Source of the DNA: Candidatus Omnitrophota bacterium
Lineage (GTDB): Bacteria; Omnitrophota; Gorgyraeia; 2-01-FULL-45-10
Assembly: GCA_023818895.1 (NCBI GenBank)
Contig: JAMWCX010000003.1
Span: forward strand, 30,001 to 62,000
Reading direction: 5' to 3'
Length of the DNA: 32,000 nt
Part shown: in pieces, positions 26,329-32,000 of the stretch
Numbering within the stretch: the stretch's first letter is position 1
How the letters are laid out: every line of letters starts with the position of its first letter
Translations under genes and position numbers: made by a program
Notes under the pieces: model-generated
Seen by the model: only the letters and a program-made list of their open reading frames with translations
Told to the model about the DNA's origin: nothing
Database searches by the model: none

Positions 26329-26778
26329 TTATTTCAAAAAGTGCTTAAGCTCCTTCATGAACTGGCTAACGTCCCGAAACTGACGGTAAACGGACGCAAA
26401 GCGCACATACGCTATCTCGTCTACATCATGAAGTCGCTTCATGACGAGCTCGCCTATCTCGCGTGAGGCAACCTCCTTGTCATGCTTGCGCTCTATATGC
26501 TTCTCGACGTCGTCAACGAGCTTCTCGATGCGCTTTATGCTCACGGGCCGTTTCTCGCAGGCGACCATTATACCCTTGGTAAGCTTATCGCGCTCAAATG
26601 GCTCCCTGCGACCATCCTTCTTAATGACCATGAGCGGCATACGTTCGACGTATTCATAAGTGGTAAATCGCTTTTTGCACTTTAGACATTCGCGCCGCCG
26701 TCGTATGCTTGAGCCATTCTTGGACCCGCGAGAATCGATAACACTGTCTTTCTTGCTACCGCAGTAGGGGCATCTCAT
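26329..26778 (-). CDS. nrdR: Transcriptional repressor NrdR
   Basis: MRCPYCGSKKDSVIDSR...CLKCKKRFTTYE zinc ribbon, followed by an ATP-cone. Confidence 0.95.
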   Translation of the reverse strand: MRCPYCGSKKDSVIDSRGSKNGSSIRRRRECLKCKKRFTTYEYVERMPLMVIKKDGRREPFERDKLTKGIMVACEKRPVSIKRIEKLVDDVEKHIERKHDKEVASREIGELVMKRLHDVDEIAYVRFASVYRQFRDVSQFMKELKHFLK

Positions 26779-26887
26779 AGCATTCCCTTAAGAATTTTCA
26801 CCCTAGCACGCCGGAGTCGCCCAACCAGGAGCATCCTGCCTAATCCTGCTTTAACGGAAGAGGCCGAGATGGCGACGTCCGATCTGA
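26779..26887 (-). promoter_or_regulatory. GC-rich structured intergenic leader upstream of nrdR (candidate cis-regulatory RNA)
   Basis: Hand fold of the minus strand. An 11-bp closing helix (AUCGGA-C-GUCGCC with GGCGAC-UCCGGC(U:G)) encloses two hairpins, one of them CAGGA-UGC-UCCUG. Confidence 0.3.
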
Positions 26888-27349
26888 TTATTTCAGAATT
26901 CGTACCTTGACTTTCGCTTCGCGAAGGAGATCCTTTGACATCTTATCGGGATAATCGCCCCTGATCACGATCTGTTTAATGCCGGCGTTTATAAGCATTT
27001 TGGCGCAGATAATGCACGGCTGTGTTGTCGAATAGAGAGTGGCGTCTTTCACGGAGGTACCGTGAAGCGCGGCCTGAAGGAAGGCGTTCTGCTCACCATG
27101 CAGTCCCCTACAGAGTTCATGGCGTTCACCGGACGGAACTTTCAGCTTCTCTCTTATGCATCCTACCTCGCCACAGTGCCTTATGCCGGACGGAACACCA
27201 TTATATCCGGTTGCAAGAATCCTCTTATCTTTGACAAGCACTGCCCCAACGCGCCGCCTCAGGCATGTCGAACGCTTTGAAACGAGATCCGCGATCGCTA
27301 AAAAATATTCATCCCAACTCGGCCTTCTATCATGACTCTTTCGTTTCAT
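26888..27349 (-). CDS. Deoxycytidylate (dCMP) deaminase, ComEB-type
   Basis: GYNGVPSG, zinc motifs HGEQNA and [14 protein letters not shown]. Confidence 0.9.
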   Translation of the reverse strand: MKRKSHDRRPSWDEYFLAIADLVSKRSTCLRRRVGAVLVKDKRILATGYNGVPSGIRHCGEVGCIREKLKVPSGERHELCRGLHGEQNAFLQAALHGTSVKDATLYSTTQPCIICAKMLINAGIKQIVIRGDYPDKMSKDLLREAKVKVRILK

Positions 27350-28608
27350 GAGTTCTTAAGCCTTTTTATTAGATTCTTATATAGCGGAAATCTGTTCACG
27401 AGCTTTTTTACCTCTTTGCGCACCTCATCAAGTACTCTTTCACTGGTTGGTTCCGACAAGACTCGATCGATTAACTGGGCGATAAACCGCATCTCCGGCT
27501 CTTTCATACCGCGTGTGGTGACCGCCGGCGTGCCTATGCGCACCCCGCTTGTCACGAAAGGCGACTGCTTATCGTAGGGTATGAGATTTTTATTGACGGT
27601 GATTCCGGCTCTGTCAAGCACTGCGGCCGCTTCCTTGCCGGTGATGTTTTTACTCGTCAGATCGACCAGGAAAAGATGCGTATCGGTGCCTCCTGCAACT
27701 ATCCTGTAGCCAAGCCTGGCCATTTCGGAGGCAAAAGCCTTACAGTTTTTAAGAATCCGTTTCTGGTAAGATTTGAATTCCGGGCTGAGAGCCTCCTTGA
27801 AACAGACGGCCTTAGCCGCGATAACATGCATTAGGGGGCCTCCCTGGAGGCCAGGGAAGACATTGGAATCGATCATCTTAGCGAATTGCCTGCGGCACAT
27901 TATAAAGCCGCCGCGGGGGCCTCGCATGGTCTTGTGTGTCGTCGAGCTGACAAACTCGGCATATTCAACGGGGTTCTGGTGCAGCCCAGCGGCAACAAGA
28001 CCGGCTATATGAGCGATATCGACGAACAGAAAGGCACCGACCGAGTCAGCTATCTGACGGAAACGCTTGAAATCTATCAATCGGGGATAGGCTGACGCGC
28101 CCGCCAGTATCATCTTCGGCCTGTGTTCTTTGGCAAGCGCCTGGACCTGATCGTAATCGATAGTCTCGGTCTCCCGGCTAACGCCGTAAGGCACGATCTT
28201 GTAGAACTTACCCGAAAAATTGTGCGGATGTCCATGCGAAAGGTGTCCACCGCAGGCCAGGTCCATCGCGAGCACTGTATCTCCCGGCTTGAGCATAGCG
28301 AAATAAATAACCATATTGGCCTGGGTGCCAGAATGGGGTTGAACATTGACATGTTCGGCGCCGAAGATTTTTTTTGCCCTCTCCACCGCGATCTCTTCTA
28401 CGGTATCAACATTATGGCAGCCGTTATACCAGCGCGCGTGCGGATAGCCTTCAGCGTATTTATTAGTCAGTACGGACCCTTGCGCTTCCAGGACCGCTTC
28501 GCTGACGAAATTCTCGCTGGCTATGAGTTCGAGGTTCTCGTGTTCGCGCTTCGTTTCGTTAAGTATGGCCCTGTATATATCCGGATCGAACCTTTTTAAT
28601 GACGCCAT
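27346..28608 (-). CDS. glyA: Serine hydroxymethyltransferase
   Basis: [29 protein letters not shown]. Confidence 0.97.
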   Translation of the reverse strand: MASLKRFDPDIYRAILNETKREHENLELIASENFVSEAVLEAQGSVLTNKYAEGYPHARWYNGCHNVDTVEEIAVERAKKIFGAEHVNVQPHSGTQANMVIYFAMLKPGDTVLAMDLACGGHLSHGHPHNFSGKFYKIVPYGVSRETETIDYDQVQALAKEHRPKMILAGASAYPRLIDFKRFRQIADSVGAFLFVDIAHIAGLVAAGLHQNPVEYAEFVSSTTHKTMRGPRGGFIMCRRQFAKMIDSNVFPGLQGGPLMHVIAAKAVCFKEALSPEFKSYQKRILKNCKAFASEMARLGYRIVAGGTDTHLFLVDLTSKNITGKEAAAVLDRAGITVNKNLIPYDKQSPFVTSGVRIGTPAVTTRGMKEPEMRFIAQLIDRVLSEPTSERVLDEVRKEVKKLVNRFPLYKNLIKRLKNS

Positions 28609-28609
28609 T

Positions 28610-29062
28610 TTAGCGCCCTTTCATTTTTGATTCTATGTCCTTTATCTGTTTAACGCGCCGCACATGCCGTTCCTCCGAATGTTCCGCGGCCAGCCAAGCC
28701 TTAAGTATCTCTGCCGATTTCTTTGAATTCGTGTAATTGGCGGCAAGCACTATGACATTGCAATCGTTGTGTTCACGTGATAGTCGGGCCATCTCGACAT
28801 CGTAACAGGCGGCGGCCCTTACGCCGTGAACCTTGTTGGCAATGATAACCATGCCAACCCCTGTCTTGCAGATAAGAACGCCTCTGTCGGCCCGGCCCTC
28901 GCTGACATCCTTGGCCACTTCAAAGCCGATGAGGGGATAATCACATGAATCTTTGGAATGGGTCCCCTTGTCAACAACCTCGTGGCCTTCGGCCGTCAGA
29001 AGTTGTACAATCTCATTCTTAAGTTCGTAGCCGCCGTGATCACTTCCTATCGCGATCTTCAT
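28610..29062 (-). CDS. rpiB: Ribose-5-phosphate isomerase B
   Basis: Start trimmed to [15 protein letters not shown] (AGGAGG 9 nt upstream); [15 protein letters not shown]. Confidence 0.9.
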   Translation of the reverse strand: MKIAIGSDHGGYELKNEIVQLLTAEGHEVVDKGTHSKDSCDYPLIGFEVAKDVSEGRADRGVLICKTGVGMVIIANKVHGVRAAACYDVEMARLSREHNDCNVIVLAANYTNSKKSAEILKAWLAAEHSEERHVRRVKQIKDIESKMKGR

Positions 29063-29142
29063 CGCGTTAAACCTCCTGTTAAAATTTTCTATTTTTCCTT
29101 TCGCGCCTCTTAAGAACATAACCTTAAGAGGCCTAATCGCGT

Positions 29143-29610
29143 TCATAACAATTCAGCGATTCTTTCCATTTCTTTCTCTATTTCATTCCGGCAATTACGG
29201 TATTCTTCTAATGGCATCCCTATAGGATCGCGGATAAATAGATCCTCTGTGATGGTATCCGTCGGCCTGCCGTATTCTTTCATAAGGAATGTCTTCGCAC
29301 CTGCCTGAGGGTCTATCCTCAGCACCTCTTCCTTGTGGCCTGGCTCCATCACGAGCACAAGGTCCGAATACTGTATCATCTCTCGTGTGATAGTCATGGA
29401 CCTATGCGCCGAAACATCCACACCGGCCTCCCTCATCGCTTCGATTGTCTCGCTCGTAGGCGGAAAACCGTCGAGGGCTCTGGTGCCGGCTGAGTGTACG
29501 TCAATATCCTTTCCCAACTGGCGGAGTCTTTCTCTCATAAAGCCCTCGGCCATGACAGAGCGACAGGAGTTGCCGGTACAGACAAAAAGCACAGAGCGTA
29601 TGTTGCTCAT
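29143..29610 (-). CDS. Low-molecular-weight protein phosphatase, YwlE-like (possible arginine phosphatase)
   Basis: P-loop VLFVCTGNSCRSVMAEG and DP loop RDPIG. The position tsaC-ptp-rpiB-glyA matches B. subtilis ywlC-ywlE-ywlF-glyA. Confidence 0.85.
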   Translation of the reverse strand: MSNIRSVLFVCTGNSCRSVMAEGFMRERLRQLGKDIDVHSAGTRALDGFPPTSETIEAMREAGVDVSAHRSMTITREMIQYSDLVLVMEPGHKEEVLRIDPQAGAKTFLMKEYGRPTDTITEDLFIRDPIGMPLEEYRNCRNEIEKEMERIAELL

Positions 29611-30221
29611 GCGCGGCCCAGCTCTCCAAAGAGCTCTTTGGCGTTGATAGCGCCCTCCCGCAATATCACCGGAGGCTCTTTAGTCATGTCCACAACCGTA
29701 GATTCTATGCCAAAGGCGGTTTTTCCCCCATCGAGGAGCATCGCTATTTTCCCGCCTAGTTCTTTAAGTACGGCCCTGGCGCTTTTCGGCGCCTTGTGGC
29801 CGCTTAAATTCGCGCTAGGCGCGACCACGGGCACCTTGGATGCCGCGATAAGCCATAAAGCGATTTTGTTAGCCGGCATTCTAAACCCTATCTTTTTGCC
29901 TTTAGATGACTTAAGCACTATGGTAAGCGGGCCCGGCCAGAAGGCATCGATAAGTTTCTTTGCATTCCGGTTTATTCTACAACCCATTTTCCTTATCATA
30001 GCAAGGTCGGATATATGGACCGTGAGCGGCTTATCACGGGAACGCTTTTTTACCCGATAAATTCTTTCTATCGCGGCCGCATCCAGAAGATTCGCCGCTA
30101 ATCCGTAAACCGTTTCCGTAGGAAAGGCGACAAGCCCTCCTTCTCTTACCGTTCGGGCCGCGCAGGCAATAAGGGCCGGATCAGGCCTACGGGGATTGAC
30201 TTTAAACACTATGGTCTTCAT
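29607..30221 (-). CDS. tsaC: L-threonylcarbamoyladenylate synthase TsaC/YrdC family
   Basis: [27 protein letters not shown]. Confidence 0.9.
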   Translation of the reverse strand: MKTIVFKVNPRRPDPALIACAARTVREGGLVAFPTETVYGLAANLLDAAAIERIYRVKKRSRDKPLTVHISDLAMIRKMGCRINRNAKKLIDAFWPGPLTIVLKSSKGKKIGFRMPANKIALWLIAASKVPVVAPSANLSGHKAPKSARAVLKELGGKIAMLLDGGKTAFGIESTVVDMTKEPPVILREGAINAKELFGELGRA

Positions 30222-30727
30222 TTGATCTGGGCAGCAGCGAGATTGCGGTTTTTAATCCTGACTCCTTCGGCAAGTGAGACCTTTAAGGCCGCCAGCTTTT
30301 TTTCGAGCCTCTTATCAGATAAACTGAGTATCTGAATAGCGAGGATAGCCGCGTTTTTCGCTCCCGCAGGACCTATTGTAACGGTGGCCACAGGTATGCC
30401 GGCAGGCATCTGAACTATGGAAAACAGGGAATCGATGCCTTTCAACTCTTTAGTCTCCATCGGAACACCTATCACTGGAAGGGTTGTAAGGCTTGCCACA
30501 ACGCCCGCCAGATGGGCTGCTCCACCGGCGCCGGCTATGATGACTTTAAGACCTTTCTTACGCGCGTTTTTTGCGAAAGCGGCGGCATCTTCGGGCGAAC
30601 GATGAGCCGAAAGTATTTTGACAACATGAGCCACGCCGTATTCCTGTAATATTTTCTTTGCCTCTCCCATCACCGGCATATCTGAATCGCTTCCCATGAT
30701 TATGGCTACTTCTGGATTTTGTGACAT
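30218..30727 (-). CDS. purE: N5-carboxyaminoimidazole ribonucleotide mutase PurE
   Basis: [28 protein letters not shown]. Confidence 0.95.
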   Translation of the reverse strand: MSQNPEVAIIMGSDSDMPVMGEAKKILQEYGVAHVVKILSAHRSPEDAAAFAKNARKKGLKVIIAGAGGAAHLAGVVASLTTLPVIGVPMETKELKGIDSLFSIVQMPAGIPVATVTIGPAGAKNAAILAIQILSLSDKRLEKKLAALKVSLAEGVRIKNRNLAAAQIK

Positions 30728-30763
30728 CTTTTTTCCCCGTAATTTTCGTGTTATAAGACTCAG

Positions 30764-32000
30764 TTACCCATTCTCCTTTATAGCCTTATATCCTATATCG
30801 GTCCTGTAATGCATCTTGTCAAAGTGTATGGTCCTGACCGCTTGATAACAAATATCTATGGCATTCTTGTAATCTATTCCAAGGGCGGTGACATTAAGAA
30901 CTCTGCCACCGTTCGTTATGAAGAGGTTGTGTCCGTCGCTGGCCCGGCGCCCCAGCTTCGTTCCTGCGTGAAACACCACAATGTTTCTCATTTTCTCGAC
31001 CTCCTCAAGGCCGTGGATCTCCATGCCTTTGGCGTATTTTCCGGGATAACCGCTCGCCGCAATTACGACTGATACGCAAGGCCTAGTATCCCATTCGAGA
31101 GTGTAATCAGCAAGCCTGCCGTCTATGGCGCGTTCCATTGCCTCTACAAGGTCGCTCTTAAGGCGCGGCAGAATGGCTTGAGTTTCAGGATCGCCGAATC
31201 TCGTATTGAACTCAAGCACAAATGGGCCGGCCTCCGTCATCATTATACCAGCGTATAAAACACCTTTAAAGAGCTTGCCTTCCGCCGCCAGGCCATTTAT
31301 CACCGGATATATGATCGTGTCCGTTATTTTCTTGAAGATTTCGTCTGTTATCACCGGCGCCGGCGAATACGCACCCATGCCGCCGGTATTGGGGCCTTTG
31401 TCTCCGTCAAACACCCTTTTATGGTCCTGGCTTGAGGCAAGCGGCACGACATTTTTACCATCTGAGATGACTATTATCGAAGCCTCTTCGCCGAATAGAC
31501 AATCTTCAATGACAACTTTCTCTCCCGCGTCGCCAAAGACACGGTTGACCATAATTTCCTTAAGCGCTGTTTTCTGATCCTCTATCGCCCTGCAGACAGA
31601 AACACCTTTGCCGGCGGCTAACCCGTCCGCTTTTATCACAAGCGGCGACCGTTTCGCGTGGACATAAGCTAACGCCTCTTCGTAGTCGTCAAATATCCTG
31701 AAATCCGCGGTAGGAACGCCCGTTTTTCTCATGAATTCCTTGGCAAAGACTTTGCTACCTTCGAGGGCAGCAAGCTCTTTGGTTGGTCCGAATATCCTAA
31801 GACCTTCTTTTTGGAAAGCGTCTACAATACCCGCGTTCAGCGGTCCTTCGGGGCCTACAACTGTAAGGCCGATCTTCTTGTCCTTAGCGAACCTGACTAG
31901 AGATCCGATATCATCGGCTTTTATATGCACTGATTCGGCGACTTTTGAAATTCCATCCGAGCCGGGAGCCGCGTAAAGCTTTTCGCATCGCCTGCTCTGC
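30764..32000 (-). CDS. purD: Phosphoribosylamine-glycine ligase PurD (N-terminus beyond the right edge)
   Basis: The frame stays open past the track's GTG at 31930 (...KLYAAPGSDGISKVAESVHIKADD...). Motifs: ATP-grasp LVIKADGLAAGKGV, FNTRFGDPETQ. Confidence 0.95.
   Translation of the reverse strand, partial: QSRRCEKLYAAPGSDGISKVAESVHIKADDIGSLVRFAKDKKIGLTVVGPEGPLNAGIVDAFQKEGLRIFGPTKELAALEGSKVFAKEFMRKTGVPTADFRIFDDYEEALAYVHAKRSPLVIKADGLAAGKGVSVCRAIEDQKTALKEIMVNRVFGDAGEKVVIEDCLFGEEASIIVISDGKNVVPLASSQDHKRVFDGDKGPNTGGMGAYSPAPVITDEIFKKITDTIIYPVINGLAAEGKLFKGVLYAGIMMTEAGPFVLEFNTRFGDPETQAILPRLKSDLVEAMERAIDGRLADYTLEWDTRPCVSVVIAASGYPGKYAKGMEIHGLEEVEKMRNIVVFHAGTKLGRRASDGHNLFITNGGRVLNVTALGIDYKNAIDICYQAVRTIHFDKMHYRTDIGYKAIKENG

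Noticed and set aside
26779-26887. NrdR boxes in the nrdR upstream spacer
   Set aside because: There is no AT-rich 16-bp palindrome pair of the NrdR-box type. The region is GC-rich and is better explained as RNA structure.
28123-28599. 158-aa plus-strand ORF; similar antisense ORFs at 7892-8332, 12675-13181, 12757-13251 and 13924-14436
   Set aside because: All lie opposite strongly supported conserved genes (glyA, bamA, prs, glmU). They are frame-shadow artefacts.
29063-29146. 28-aa N-terminal extension of RpiB in the ORF track; similar extensions at 15585-15614 for SpoVG and 17451-17483 for transketolase C
   Set aside because: In each case an internal ATG has a strong, well-spaced Shine-Dalgarno sequence and coincides with the family's conserved N-terminus.
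29494-30060. 188-aa plus-strand ORF
   Set aside because: It is antisense to tsaC and the LMW phosphatase. It is a shadow ORF with no motif and no RBS.
1-32000. CRISPR arrays, tandem or dispersed repeats, transposases, integrases, phage or defence genes
   Set aside because: None were seen on either strand. Every sizeable ORF except one (17526-18521) has a housekeeping assignment, and spacers are short.

Overview
Almost the whole window (about 2.1 kb to the right edge) is one minus-strand run of core housekeeping genes from a diderm, LPS-making bacterium. I cannot assign a lineage from sequence alone. Only two genes are on the plus strand: a glutamine synthetase and a PpiD-like chaperone. In transcription order (right to left) the minus-strand genes are: purD, purE, tsaC, ywlE-like phosphatase, rpiB, glyA, dCMP deaminase, nrdR, AmmeMemoRadiSam-type radical SAM enzyme; then hisG, a 29-aa bS22-like basic peptide, a TPR protein, transketolase N-subunit, FtsH-family protease, putative lipoprotein, transketolase C-subunit, ispE, spoVG, tRNA-Gln, glmU, prs, ctc/rplY, pth, rpsF, ssb, rpsR, rplI, dnaB, bamA, skp, lpxD, lpxC, fabZ, lpxI. 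A HypF-like fragment lies at the left edge. I saw no mobile elements, CRISPR arrays, long repeats, toxin-antitoxin pairs or defence-type gene clusters, and I cannot point to a convincing novel multi-gene system. The leads worth follow-up are single-gene architectural oddities and small unannotated elements: (1) a glutamine synthetase with an N-terminal excisionase/MerR-type HTH fused in frame; (2) an atypical FtsH paralog translationally coupled to an orphan lipoprotein, both sitting between the two halves of a split transketolase; (3) a SpoVG carrying an internal CxxC...CxxC zinc-ribbon insertion; (4) two short, very basic ORFs below the ORF-track cutoff, one bS22-like and one overlapping the hisG start; (5) a GC-rich structured leader upstream of nrdR; (6) a stand-alone HypF Kae1-like domain gene. 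All homology calls come from reading motifs by eye. No database search was run.
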